64,000 nt of DNA from Octopus sinensis (taxonomy: Eukaryota). The notes beneath the pieces were generated by a model. It had not been told where the DNA came from and did no database searches. It saw only the letters and a program-made list of their open reading frames with translations. The DNA is taken from the NCBI RefSeq assembly GCF_006345805.1, contig NC_042997.1, positions 40,486,001-40,550,000 of the forward strand, written 5' to 3'. Shown piece by piece: positions 41,127 to 54,602 of the stretch; within the stretch, counting starts at the first letter, position 1; every line of letters begins with the position of its first letter. The translations under genes and the position numbers were made by a program.

Positions 41127-41128
<2 letters not shown>
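41035..41128 (+). mobile_element. LINE 3' UTR end followed by (AAT)n
   Basis: TCTTGAGGTCTCTGGGTGAGACTTGGAGCCAACTTGTAC...CAAACATAG, then (AAT)n. Confidence 0.55.
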
Positions 41129-41201
<73 letters not shown>

Positions 41202-41209
41202 TAATCGTC

Positions 41210-41870
41210 ATAAAGCTAGCCCAAAATCACGCCAAAAGGGGCACGTTAGCATGGCTAACTTCGTCCACTAGAGGGTATGTGAAAAGTACGGCCTGAACAG
41301 AGCACAAAAATGGTACGAACATGAACCAGGAGTTACCGAAAACAAGGAATATAAGATACTGTGGTCTTTTACAATCCAATGCGACTCCTTAATCGGTGCT
41401 CGGAAACCAGATATTGTTGTGGTAGATAAAGGGGGAAAATGAAACCAAGATTATAGATATTTGTTTCTTTATTGCCCACAGGGGCTAAACATAGAGAGGA
41501 AAAAACAAATTACATCGACCCCAGTGCGTAACTGGTACTTATTTAATCGACCCCGAAAGGATGAAAGGCAAAGTCAACCTCGGCTTATATAGATTATAGA
41601 TATTGCAATACCTGGGGATGCACGCATAAGTGACAAAGAACTAGAAAAGTTTGAAAAATACAGACTACAAGAAGATGAAATTGCAATACTGTGGACAATG
41701 AGGAGGTTGTCTGCCATCCCAGGATTTGTAGGGGCACTCGGTGCACTAACAACCAAGTTCGAGAAATATGACAGAGAAATCGGAATTGACCTGAGAACAA
41801 AGCAAAATCAAAAACTGCTATGTTGGGGATAGCTAAGATTCTGAGATTGGAACTTGAATGTTGACTGTCT
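41210..41870 (+). mobile_element. R4/Dong-type REL endonuclease fragment interrupted by a SINE
   Basis: KWYEHEPGVTENKEYKILW...ARKPDIVVVDK...KIIDI|insertion|IIDIAIPGDARISDKELEKFEKY. Confidence 0.9.
41462..41584 (-). mobile_element. 5'-truncated SINE family B flanked by a 14-bp TSD
   Basis: AGATTATAGATATT at 41448-41461 and 41591-41604. Confidence 0.9.
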
Positions 41871-41999
41871 CTCGTGATAATTAACAACCAGGTATCAAAG
41901 CTTATAATGTGCAGAAAGAGACACTGTGAAACCTCTGATGGCAGGCTGCTGTCCGCTCTCACAGAATCTACCAGAACAAAGAAGACCGAGCGTTCTGAT

Positions 42000-42262
<263 letters not shown>

Positions 42263-42269
42263 AATTGAA

Positions 42270-42390
42270 CTTCGAAAGGATGAAAGACAAGGTCCACCTG
42301 GGCTGAATTTGATCTCAAGATGTAAAGACGGACAAAATGCTGCTAAGCAGTTTGCCCGCGTGCTAACGACTCTGCCAGCTCACCACCTTA
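42270..42390 (-). mobile_element. SINE family B fragment
   Basis: GAAAGGATGAAAG...GAATTTGA...CTAACGACTCTGCCAGCTC. Confidence 0.75.
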
Positions 42391-43133
42391 TCCTCGATGC
42401 ATAAATGATTCTTCCACATAGTCGCAAGTCCAGAATGTTTCAATTCACAATAGAATCATGTTATTCTAATTAAATTGTTATGACTTTGTTAATGGCATAA
42501 ATATCAAAACTCGTTCTTTCTCATAAAATACTAGATTTATAGAAAAAAAAAATGAATTGTATGTTGAAAAGAAAAGGAAACTAATAATGAAATAAATTCA
42601 CTTCGTAGCGATCGTTTCAGTAAACCCATTTAAATAATAATTTAAACGACTTCATACAGTAATATAAAGTCCTGGTTTTGGTCCCATATCACAAATAAAT
42701 TTATTATAGGAAATCAGGTGTCAGGAGAGTCAGGAGAGTTTTAGTCTAAGTAAAATGAATTCGTTGGGGAATCGAAGAAGAAATAGCTTAGCAACAAACT
42801 GTGTGTACGTCATCAATCAATATTGATAATTTACTTGACACTAATAGTTCCAAAGCACTTATCAACAATAGAACCCCTATTACAAAATGGAAACAGCAGA
42901 CAATCTCATAGGATTTTTTTTTTCTCAATTATTGAACGAGAGGATTCTATGTCAAACTATGGTAATTCTAGAGTTAATCGTGGTTTGATGTTAAAAAAAA
43001 AAGAAATGGAATAAGAGGCAGTGACAGTAATTGAATGAGGATAATGTCAAAAATGATTATTACTTTTAAAATATCGTTTCAAAAACATTGATACAATTAT
43101 ACTTTTTAACGTTTAATCAATAAGTTAGATCGA

Positions 43134-43190
<57 letters not shown>

Positions 43191-43191
<1 letters not shown>

Positions 43192-43364
43192 CAACAATTG
43201 AGGGTAAAATTAATTAATTATTAATCAATTTCACCAAGTATTCAGTATGTAAAGGGACCATTATAGGCGAATTCAAAATATTACATTATATATAAGGGCT
43301 TAGTAAAATAAATTACTTTGATGTGGCAAAGTAATTTATTTTACTAAGCCCTTATATATAATGT

Positions 43365-43366
<2 letters not shown>
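43191..43366. mobile_element. (TA)n-embedded fold-back element with a perfect 40-bp hairpin
   Basis: Arms 43281-43320 and 43327-43366, loop ATGTGG. Confidence 0.85.
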
Positions 43367-43438
<72 letters not shown>

Positions 43439-43559
43439 ATGTATATATATACATGTATGTATGTATATATATATATATATGTATATATATTATATGCATG
43501 GGCATAGAAATATGCATAGAAATGTATATATAAGGCATATATCTTTCTATCTATCTATC

Positions 43560-43629
<70 letters not shown>

Positions 43630-44552
43630 ATATATATATATTGGTATTGGCATCCTTTCTGTCTCGGGAGACAATGGAGTTGCGCATTTTTTTTTTCTGG
43701 GACTAGTATATAGTCCTATATATATATACACACACATATATATATACATATATATATGTGTGTATATATATATATGTGTGTATATATATATATAAAACTT
43801 AGATATATATATATATGCATATATACACATATATGTGTGTATATATGTATATATATGCATATATACACATATATATGTGTGTATGTATGTGTGTGTGTGA
43901 ATGTAAAAGGATGAGATTGAAGACAAGAGATAGTTCTATGCGCACCCTCTGTATTTTTTGTCTATGCGTATGCGCATATGTGACTGGGGTGCGTGTGTGT
44001 GCGCGTAACACGTTAATAAGCAGACCGATGGAAACGATAGACTTTTAGACAAACGTAATTTGGTATTTGTAGACGGAATAATGCGAATCCAAAAACAATG
44101 TTTCCAGTAATCATCTTATATATTATAATAATTCCCGATACATGTTGTAATTTTTTTCTTATATTTATTTTTCAATGGATTACTGTTGACAAGTGTTTGC
44201 TTGTTTTAACAGTCTGAATCGCAAATTATAGATGCAACTTGCCCATTTTAACTCCGCATTCATACATACCAATATACACGACTAGAGATTGTCAATAATG
44301 ATTATTATCCGAAATTTTTTTCAGAAGTTTTTTTTTTTGTAATGCTTATATACAGTACACACAATACTGTTCCGTTGTTCTTTGATTGATCTATGTAAAA
44401 GTAATAAGCTGGCAAACTTAATTAAGTTTCACATGTAATTCTTATAATAATGCGCGCAAATAAGAATAAGTTTGTAATTTGTTTTGCTTGTGTTTGCATG
44501 TGTGATTGCTTGTGTCTATATGTGTTTGTGTGTTTGTGTGTGTGTGTGGGGG

Positions 44553-44695
44553 GGGGGGCAATGGTCAAGTGGTTAGGGTGTCGTACACTCGGTCGTGAGA
44601 TCGCGTGTTCGATTCCCGGATTGGGTAGTGAGTTGTGTTCTTGAGCAAAACACATCGTCCCACGTTGTTCTGCTATCACTTAGAAATCTCATCCT
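44553..44695 (+). mobile_element. SINE family D-like tRNA head fragment
   Basis: ATGGTCAAGTGGTTAGGGTG...GTTCGATTCCC...TTGAGCAAAACAC. Confidence 0.75.
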
Positions 44696-45146
44696 TTTAC
44701 ACGCTGTCCCTGTAAAGGTAATAGCGATTTGATGGATTTGATCACGATAAACAAATTATGGGTGTGTGTATATATATGTATGTGTGTGTGTGTGTATGTG
44801 TGTGTAAACATTGGGGCATACCAGCACATGGCTCTCACTCTATTTTGCATATAGTGATAGACAGCGATTTAGCCTGCATCTGGCTTCGTTTTCAGTACGT
44901 AGTATTGATGAGTCACAAATATCACGAAGCAGTAATGTCTACCGCTCCAGCAACGGAACCTTACGCGAATTATCTCACTTGGTTACGACTTCCAGATCTT
45001 TTTACACCAGGCGTATTGACGAGAAAATATTCTCTTACGCCTATAAATCGCAGCCTGCCCACGAAATGGCAAAATACATACCTTGTCTATGTGTGTTCGA
45101 TATTGTTTATATCCCTTGGGCTGCTTCTCATTCATATTTGAACACA

Positions 45147-45191
<45 letters not shown>

Positions 45192-45213
45192 ACACACACA
45201 CACACATATGTAT

Positions 45214-45511
45214 GTAATGGCCCAGTGGTTAGGGCAGCGGACTCGCGGTCGTAGGATCGCGGTTTCGATTCCCAGACCGGGCGTTGTGAGTGTTTATTGA
45301 GCGAAAACACCTAAAAGCTCCACGAGGCTCCGGCTGTGGGTGGTGATCCCTGCTGTACTCTTTCACCACTCTTTCTCCTACTCTTTCTTCTGTTGGCCTG
45401 CTCGCTTAGCCAGCGGGGTGGCGTCATTCGAAGGCTAAATCAATGCGAACGCATTGTGACCAGCGATGTGTAACTACATCTGATGGACTGGTCGGTCACG
45501 TGATCACGTGA
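45214..45511 (+). mobile_element. SINE family C, near full length
   Basis: Head TGGCCCAGTGGTTAGGGCAGCGG...GGTTTCGATTCCC; GTCACGTGATCACGTGA tail. Confidence 0.92.
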
Positions 45512-45514
45512 TAT

Positions 45515-45570
<56 letters not shown>

Positions 45571-45572
45571 CA

Positions 45573-45603
<31 letters not shown>

Positions 45604-45606
45604 GTT

Positions 45607-45749
45607 TCAACAATTGAGGGTAAAATTAATTAATCAATTTCACTGAGCCCTAATTATATAATGTAATATTTTGAATTCGCCTTAAATGGTCCTTTTACAT
45701 ACTGAACAATTGGTGAAATTGATTAATTAATTTTACCCTCAATTGTTGA
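45607..45749. mobile_element. (TA)n-adjacent fold-back element with perfect 37-bp terminal inverted arms; same family as 43191-43366
   Basis: Arms 45607-45643 and 45713-45749; the interior is the reverse complement of about 43234-43301. Confidence 0.88.
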
Positions 45750-45891
45750 TATAGATATGTGTATATGATCAGCAGTGAATTACAAAGGTGACTAAACACC
45801 TGGGAGTTTAATGCGTGGCACTAACGCGTGTCAGCTTATGTACTGTATTTTGTGTGTTCTACCAAACGTAGATGCATGTATCTACCAAACG

Positions 45892-46219
45892 AGAAGGCGC
45901 GTGGCTTAGTGGTTAGAGTATTCGGCTCGCGATCTTAGGGTCACGAGTACGATTTCTGGCGGCGCCTTGTGTCCGTCAGCAAGACACTTCATTTCACGTT
46001 ACTCCAGTTCACTCAGCTGGTAAACATTAATAGTACCTGTATTTCAAGGGGTCAATCTTGTCAAACTCTGTATCACGCTGAATCTCCCTGAGAAGTACGT
46101 GAAGGGGTACACGTGTCTGTGGAGTACTCAGCCACTTGCACGTTAATCTCACGAGCAAGCTGTTCCATTGATCGGATCAACTGGAACCCTCGTTGTCGTA
46201 AGCGACGGAGTGCCAATGT
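45892..46219 (+). mobile_element. SINE family D with a 13-bp TSD
   Basis: TAGATGCATGTAT at 45869-45881 and 46220-46232. Confidence 0.88.
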
Positions 46220-46697
46220 TAGATGCATGTATATATACTCATAAATATGTGTGTGTGTGTTAATTCAAATTTTAAAATTACTTATTAAAAAGATAGTAAT
46301 TGCAAATATGGCTGAAATTGAACACAAAACTAAAGACACCATAAAAGTATAATGTTGCAGATTGCTGAAATTTTTCTGTTGATAGAATTTATACAATGCA
46401 GCACATTACAAACTTGAACATTTATATTTATGTGAGAAAAAGTTAATTTAATAATAACAACGACTTAGTTTATATTTAATGTCAAAAATAATAAAATTTA
46501 TATTTACGGATTCATAACTTTATATGATATTTACTGTTTTCCCTGAAACAATGTTTTTATTAAAGATAAAATGTTCAAAATATAGAGTCGTAGATTTATT
46601 GGTGTGTAAAATTAATATCTAACGTTAATACAGCTGATTTTCTTTCCAGAGAAGATATCGAATACGCTAGTAAGTGCTTTCTTAGTGGGTGCTTAAT

Positions 46698-46878
46698 ACT
46701 GGTTTCAAATTTTGGCACAAGGTCAGCAATTTCCGGGAGGGGTAAGAGTATTACATCGGTCCCAGTGCTCAACTAATACTTATTTCATCTTCGGAAGAAG
46801 CTGAACTCAAAACGAAAAGACGAACGAAATGCTACAAAGCATTTTGTACGGCGCATTAACAATTTTGCCAGCTCCCCA
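46698..46878 (-). mobile_element. SINE family B, internally deleted
   Basis: TGGTTTCAAATTTTGGCACAAGG...CAGTGCTCAACT...TGCCAGCTC. Confidence 0.75.
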
Positions 46879-49838
46879 TTTTCATAAGTATTTAATATTC
46901 TTTTCTATTCTAGGTCCAAAATGTGTGAATATGTGTGTGCGTGTATTCTGTCCCTGTTTACTCACACGAATACTTGCTGGTGTATGTGTATTTTTACATA
47001 TATACATGTAAATATGAATGTATTTATATATGTGTGAGTGTGCGTATGTCTGTGTTGGTTTGGGTGGGTGCATGCGTGTATATGTATTCATACATACACA
47101 CATGCATTTGTGTATATGTGTTTGTGTATATACACTTAAAACTAAATGTCACCACCCTCTACGCAAACATTTCTAGACAGAACAACGACATTGCAAAACA
47201 AGACACACCCATCTTATTCATGTAATTGAAATGACGTCGTCATGAGATACAGTCATACATTAAAATGCGGTTCCAGATTCTCATGTTAAAAGTGTCAGTT
47301 GTCAACGATAGTGAGCATTGTTTTAACGAAAGAAAGTGAATTTCAAATAAAATATTCGGTTAGTTCAGTATATAATAGCATATTGTTTTTCAATCATATC
47401 AATGTGTTTTAATTATACGCTTTCATATACTGAACTAATTCATATGTGCCTGTATAAATTAATGAATGCATCTTATTTTCCTCCCCGATCTCCCATTCTC
47501 TTTAACATCGTTGCAGTTTGGGAACTCAACATTATCCCATTTCATTCGTCGTTTTTCAAGTTTGCAGTATTCATGTTAATTTTTCGCTTTCTTTGGACGC
47601 TGAGCCCACTCCCAACACGTGTTTCGCCTTATGTCGTCTCGCTTTTCCTTTTTCTTTCTTATGCTTCGCTATCTAATTCTATTTTATTTCCTCTCTCAAC
47701 TGCCATTTTATTTGTTCAATGACATCAATAATCTTTACTGCTCTCACTGACTAAATTTCTGTCCGAGATATTAGATTTTTCCTCTTTCCCACATCAAATC
47801 AATTTATTCCTCTTCTGAACATTCTCTACTTGCTATATTCTGAAGTAGACCCTCACTAATTTTCCCGGAGCCTACTATTTACCTTAATTTATTAGTTTTA
47901 CGTTTTTAAACTTTACATAATTAATTATATCAACATGTCTACTGTTTTTTGTTGGTTATGTCTCAGCCAAAGTCCTTTATTATTTGTCCATTTGTATTCT
48001 TAAAAACGGTAATTCACTGCAGCCTATGTAAATTGCTCAAAAGTTGGGAATATAAAATTACCATTTTCCTTGGCACCACATTTAAGTTTCATTTATGCGG
48101 ATAAGCATAGACAATTAACTGTGTATTTAAATAGAGGAGTAAATGTTTGTTTAAAAAGCATTAACAAAACTACTAATTTTCGGTATATGGTTATATCAAT
48201 AATGCTACACTGTCATCTGTTTTATAAATATACATCTCTACAGTAAACTCAGTAAACTCGTTTAGCAGGGAGTAAGAGTTTCTCCAAAAGACATCTTTGT
48301 CACCGAAATCTTAACGTACGATAAACTGGAACATGTATGGGGTATGTTGGAACGCATAACTAATGGTTTCTGATTCCAGTACCATTTAGAAAGTGTTCTC
48401 AGGGGAGGCGTTCATCGATACTATCGTCTCCAGTCCTTGTCTGGGACTTTATTTTATTCTACGGTGGGGGAGTGGGGTGAAAGGCAAAGTTGATCCGGTT
48501 GAAAACTGAACTCAGAGCATAAAGATCCAAAACAAATACCGCATGTTATTTTTTCCGACGCTCTAACGAACCAACCAATCACCTAATACGTCAGTAGTAA
48601 TAGGACAGTTTAAGAATTATTTAGGCATCATTTCAGTAGAGTTCAAATGATATATTTTGTTATCACTTAGAAATTAGTTTTATTGGTGCACAACATGTCC
48701 CTGTATTCACTCTGGGTTGTAGAGTTACAGATTAACAGGAAAAGCAAGTTTCTGCTTACAGGGCCTTGTCCTATCACTGCGAAATGAAGTAGGCGGAATA
48801 ATAGCATGTACTCAAGTTCACGTAGTTATATTGCAATATTATTTGACATAGTAAATTTCAGGTGCACAAAATCTTTGCTCGAATTACGTTTCAAGATTTT
48901 CTTTGTTACCTCTTATTCATTCATTTCATCAACCAGTGTTGTAATAAAAGTGCATCTTTTTACTCCACAACAAAATATACAAGAACAAGTCTCCATCCCA
49001 TTTCTCGTGTCTCTTAAGAGAATGATACAAGCAAACTTTGCTTACACTTTTTTCATTCTCCACCCATGAGTGTGGCATTTTAAAGCAAATTCAAGTCGCA
49101 TATTCAAATGTCAATCTCTTGACCTCCTTTTGAGTTTAAGTGCTACTACATGTGCCGGTGTACTTGTGACAATGGGGTTAGCTTGAAATTATTCCAAGTA
49201 ACACCACTCATCATACTCTCTAAGTCCCTTACAGTAATGACCTCATATATGAGGGGCACACAACATAAATTAGAACACAAATTAGAACAGGAAAATATTT
49301 CCTGTTCTGATTACTTTCTACTAACCAATCAAAAGTCAAAGAGTTCCCTTCTGACTTCATTATTTATTAAACAAAACTAAATATTTTTAACAAGTGAGAG
49401 TCTTACGCTAGAATATAAAAAAAAAATACAGAAAGATTTCAGTACGATCAAAAGCTTCTGCATTAAGTTAATACCGATAAAGTTGAGCGGTGGTTTAAGA
49501 GACGTTCCTAAGGCAACAGTATTGTTCTCACCAGGTTCTTTTTTCATGTGGCAAAATAAGTTTTTAATTCACTCCATGATCCAACATTTTCCATATCCTT
49601 ATCACTTTTCTAACTAGCCACATGGTACTTTCTAATTTCTACCAATACTGTACTAATTAGTTACTTGGCTGCTTCGATTGTAACATAACAAAAATACTAA
49701 TTACTTGATATTATTTTGACGAGACTTCCAACCTGACTTGAGTCTTCAACTTTATGTGCACTAGTCCCCTCCCCACTTGAATTGTAATGTAAAAAACAAT
49801 CTGACAAACATATTTCCTAGTATATACTGCTACGCAGT

Positions 49839-49874
<36 letters not shown>

Positions 49875-51315
49875 GAGAGAGAGAGAGAAGAAAGAGAGAA
49901 AGAAAGCGAGTGGGAAGAAAGAGAACAACAGAGAGAGAGAGAGTGAGAGAGAGAGAAAGAGAAACATAGCGAGAGTGGGTGAGAGACAGACAGAGAAAGA
50001 TAAAGAGAGACAGAAGTTAGAAACTGATTGATTTATTTTTTCAAAGCTCTCACTTAAATTACAGTCTGGACCGACTTTTCCTTTCATCATTGCGTTGTCG
50101 ACAAAAGTATTGCCAGTTCATAGTGATTTAACTTCAATTGATATAATAGTCTCTTACATAACTTGGCATTTGGCCTAAAGAATACACCGACGTTGTATAC
50201 GAGCCAACGTGGGAATAGTTACATGTTTGCTTGTCATGCAAGAAATAGTCGCTGAATACCTCTGAAAACACAACCTACTGCCTTTAGAGAATGAGGACAA
50301 ACATTAGACAGAGCTATCCTGGGTGCATTGTGTGCCTGAGAAAAAGAAGGGATGGTCTGGCCATGGCTGGAATGCCCTGAAATATAGGTTTGCTTGAATG
50401 AGCAAGACTATGATTTCTGATTGAGGCATTCGATCAGCAATTTTGAGAAGTGTGTATTAGAAGGTAACATTGATCTCAATATTTGTCTATTACTTCATTT
50501 TATCGATTCCGAAAGGATGAAAGGCAAAGTTTACCTGCGCGGAATTTGAAATCAAAATGAACAGAACCGGAAGAAATATCTTCCAAGGCTCTTAAGATTT
50601 TGAGCATCTACTGCTCTGAGAAGAATAAATGATATTGTACAATGTTGAAAAAGTTGTGAAGTTGTCTATAGTCAGTCTATGATCTGAAATTAAATCTCTT
50701 CGCGAGTTGCTTGGTCTCGATTACAATGAAATAGCAATCAGTGCTATACGGAGTTCGATACGATTTATTTTTATTTACATGCCTTAAAGTTGCATTCTGA
50801 CAAGCAGAATTAGTGTCGTACAGAAATGTAAAGGCAAGGAATTATCACAAATCGGTAAAGTGGAAGAGAAAATGCTTAGCAGTATTTCGTTAGATTAACT
50901 TTACTTTTCAACCATCCGGTGTCGAATATTGGTGTCGACATAAACCACATTATCATTCCGTTTATATGTATGGCCATTTGTCTACAACATAAATCAACGT
51001 TATGCGTCAGCTTTTGCGGAAAGTTGTAAAACATGTAGTTGCCTAATTAGATGAGAATACAGTCTGTTTCCATTAACAATTGAAACCACTTTTCTTTAGC
51101 ACACCACAAATGCTTTTGAGATAAACGTAGATATAATAATATATCATTTACCGATTTAAAATATTCAGGCATTGTATCTATGTAAGAAATCAATGGAAAG
51201 TTTAACTGGAATGTTCTTTGAAACTGAAAAATGAAAGAAAGGAACAAAAAATACATACAGGCTCTGAAGGTGTAAGATGTGTAAGATGTGATTATCATGA
51301 AAAGTAAAAATAAAC

Positions 51316-51359
<44 letters not shown>

Positions 51360-51368
51360 ATATATATA

Positions 51369-51424
<56 letters not shown>

Positions 51425-51897
51425 TTATGTATATAATGTATTATATATATCTATATATATATATAATGTATTATATATATATATATATGTATATATAAAC
51501 ACACACACAAATATATATATATACAATATTAAATACGTACATACATACATAGATATAGATATCTACATACATACATATCTATATCTATGTATGTGTACGT
51601 GTGTAATGAAGGATTTTGTGCTTGCCTGTATTCTCTTACATCTGTGAAATGTCATCTTCTTATGAAATAATCCATATGTTATCGAGGATATAACTTATAA
51701 GCTATGAAACGTGAAATTGATATTTCTATTTTCATTTATCATTTCCATTTATTATTTCTTGTGTGTTTTCCATCAAACAATGTACCGAATAAATATCATC
51801 AGTGCAGAAGTAAAAACTTGATGTTCTGATGATCTGACAATGCTTAACTGGGTGAGACTTCGGAGTCACTCGCAACAATATTCTTGTTTAAAAATAA

Positions 51898-51944
<47 letters not shown>

Positions 51945-52064
51945 TGTGTGTGTGTGTTATCATTAAGCTGGCAGAATCGTTAGCACACCGGGCAAAATCT
52001 TAACGGTGAACTTTATATATTATATATATATATACATACGCACACACACACACACACACCACAA

Positions 52065-52095
<31 letters not shown>

Positions 52096-52096
<1 letters not shown>

Positions 52097-52404
52097 CACC
52101 GTGATCACCGTGACCGACCAGGCTATCAGATGTTGCTACACATCGCTGGACACAATGCGTTTCGCATTGTTTTAGCCTTTAAATGACGCCACCCCGCTGG
52201 CTAAGCGAGCAGGCCAACAGATGAAAGAGTGAGAGAAAATTGCGGCGAAAGAGTACAGCAGGGATTGCCACCACCCCCTGTCGGAGTCTCGTGAAGCTTT
52301 AGGTGTTTCGCTCAATAAACACTCACAATGCATAGTCTAGGAATCGAAACCGTGATCCTATGACCGCGAGTCCGCTGCCCTAACCACTGGGCCATTGCGC
52401 CTCC
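52096..52404 (-). mobile_element. SINE family C, full length
   Basis: Reverse complement of 45214-45511. Confidence 0.92.
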
Positions 52405-52499
52405 ACATATATATATATATATATGTGTGTGTGCATATATATATATATACACATATACACATATATAAACACACATATATATGCATATATTTATGTATG

Positions 52500-52710
52500 T
52501 GTGTTTGTTTGTCCTCCCCCACCATCGCTCGACAAATGACGTTGGTGTGTTTGCTTCTCTGTAAACAACAGTTCGGCAAAAGAGACCGATAGAATAAGTA
52601 CTAGGCTTACAAAGAATAAGTTTAGGGATCGATTTGTTCAACTAAAACCCTTTAAGGCGGTGCTTCAGTATGGCCGCAATCAAATGACTGAAACATTTAA
52701 AAGAATAAAA

Positions 52711-52715
<5 letters not shown>
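52500..52715 (+). mobile_element. SINE family A, 3' half
   Basis: GTTCGGCAAAAGAGACCGATAGAATAAGTACTAGGCTTAC...AAAAGAAT tail. Confidence 0.85.
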
Positions 52716-52744
<29 letters not shown>

Positions 52745-53042
52745 TATCATGTGATCTTTAATGCTTTAAAGTTAATGTTATCTACTCGGAAACAAAGAAC
52801 TGGATATATCTTATTGATGAACATTAGATATATAAAAAAGATTCTTGCTAAGTAAAATGCATATTTTATGCTTTTACTTAAGAAGAATTATTTATTGATT
52901 TATATGTATAAATGGCTTTATCTAAACGTGCATGCTTGTCAATAAATAATTGTTATTGTGTGTCCATATGAAAACACATTTCTTCCTTCTTTGGTAATGT
53001 TATTTCGATAATTCTTTGTTATTCCTATTAAACAAAGAAATT

Positions 53043-53270
53043 CACGGCAGCGAGTAGGTAGAATCGTTAGCGCATCGGACAAAGTACTTAGTAGCAGTTC
53101 TTCGTACTCTTTAGGGTGTCAGTTCACGTACCATCGACGTTGAATTTGCTTTTTATCCCTTAGAGGTCGATAGAATAAAGTACTAGTCAAGTACTGCAGT
53201 TGATGTAATCGACTTTCCCCACTTACCTCGTATTGTTGACCTTCAACCAAAATTAGTAAGAATTATTATT
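53043..53270 (+). mobile_element. SINE family B, diverged
   Basis: GTAGAATCGTTAGCG head; GGTCGATAGAATAAAGTAC...GATGTAATCGAC. Confidence 0.75.
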
Positions 53271-53679
53271 ACAGAAATTCTTCTTGCTAACAGAAAGAAA
53301 TTGATATTATTATATTTTATTTTCATAAAGTATCAGAAAATATGAGAGGTAGGTATTTTAATTTCGCCACTTCACATCCTTAGAATGACGACCGTATCGT
53401 AACCTTCATCATGGAAAAATATTTTCAGTGTATTTTATGCACCTGCACCGACATGCATTCTACACATTCTGCAGTACTATTGTAAGTTTACAAACCAATG
53501 CAGATAAAGAAGGCTAGCTCTTCAGGTCGACTGAACATCAGGGTTACACTGTGATGTTCTGTTGATCTGACAATGTTTAACCGATCGAGACTTCGAAGTC
53601 ACTCGCAACAATATTCTTGTCTAAGAATAAAATGTACGAGTGTGTGTGTTTGTGTGTGTGTGTGTGTGTGTGTTATTAT

Positions 53680-53870
53680 TGAACTGGCAGAATCGTTAAC
53701 ACGCCGGGAAAAATGTTTAGCGGCATTTCATCCGTTTTTATAGGGAACCTTGTCTTCCATCCTTTCGGGGTCGATAAATTAAGTACCAGTGAAACACTGT
53801 ATTCGATGTAATCGACCAGTCCCCTCCGCCTGAATATCAGGCCTTGTACATTTAATAGAAAGGATTATTA
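53680..53870 (+). mobile_element. SINE family B
   Basis: CTGGCAGAATCGTTAAC...CCTTTCGGGGTCGATAAATTAAGTACCAGT, ending in (ATT)n. Confidence 0.85.
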
Positions 53871-53952
53871 TTATTATTATTATTATATTATTATTATTAT
53901 ATTATTATATTATTATATTATATTATCATTATTATTATTATTATTATTATTA

Positions 53953-53986
<34 letters not shown>

Positions 53987-54543
53987 GAGTGAGAGAGCAG
54001 TTCATGCCATCAAAGTGACACTGGGGTAAAATATACGAAGCCCAATATACCCATCATGACTACCCGTCTGATAAGGGTACACCAGGCACATGCATCACAA
54101 CCATATGTGCGCGACATGGTGATCTCATATCAAGATAAACAGCACATGACCTTGCAGGTGGGGCCCAGTTAGAAATTTCTTCAGGTTGAGTAGCCCATCT
54201 CGCTCAAACGGTCCCTGAATAAGGGTTGTTTAAGGATGTTGAATGAACCACCCATGTTTCCAGAGGTGAATTATACAAAGCCCAAAGAATCCCTCTCAAC
54301 ACATGGCTATGATGCTCCCCCATTACTTCTGCTCGTGATCAGAGATGCACATATCGTCAGCCACTAAGGGACATCGTAAACTGGTTAAGGTCAAACAACT
54401 GACAAGCAAATCTGTGGTATTGAGCAGAATATTTACTGTAGCCCATCTTTTATACCAAGACAAAACAATGTACATGATAACACTTCCAATCAGTTAAGAT
54501 CAGAAGCCATGAGAGCCACTGCCTGGTACTGCATCAGGGCATT
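53987..54543 (-). mobile_element. Second copy of the 555-bp (TAA)n-embedded element
   Basis: About 97% identical to 27828-28383 and flanked on both sides by (TAT)n. Confidence 0.85.
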
Positions 54544-54556
54544 ATTATTATTATTA

Positions 54557-54602
<46 letters not shown>

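Noticed and set aside
47600-47640. Minus-strand CGAAACACGTGT resembling the 8880 hammerhead stem III
   Set aside because: No CTGANGA core and no stem II or stem I.
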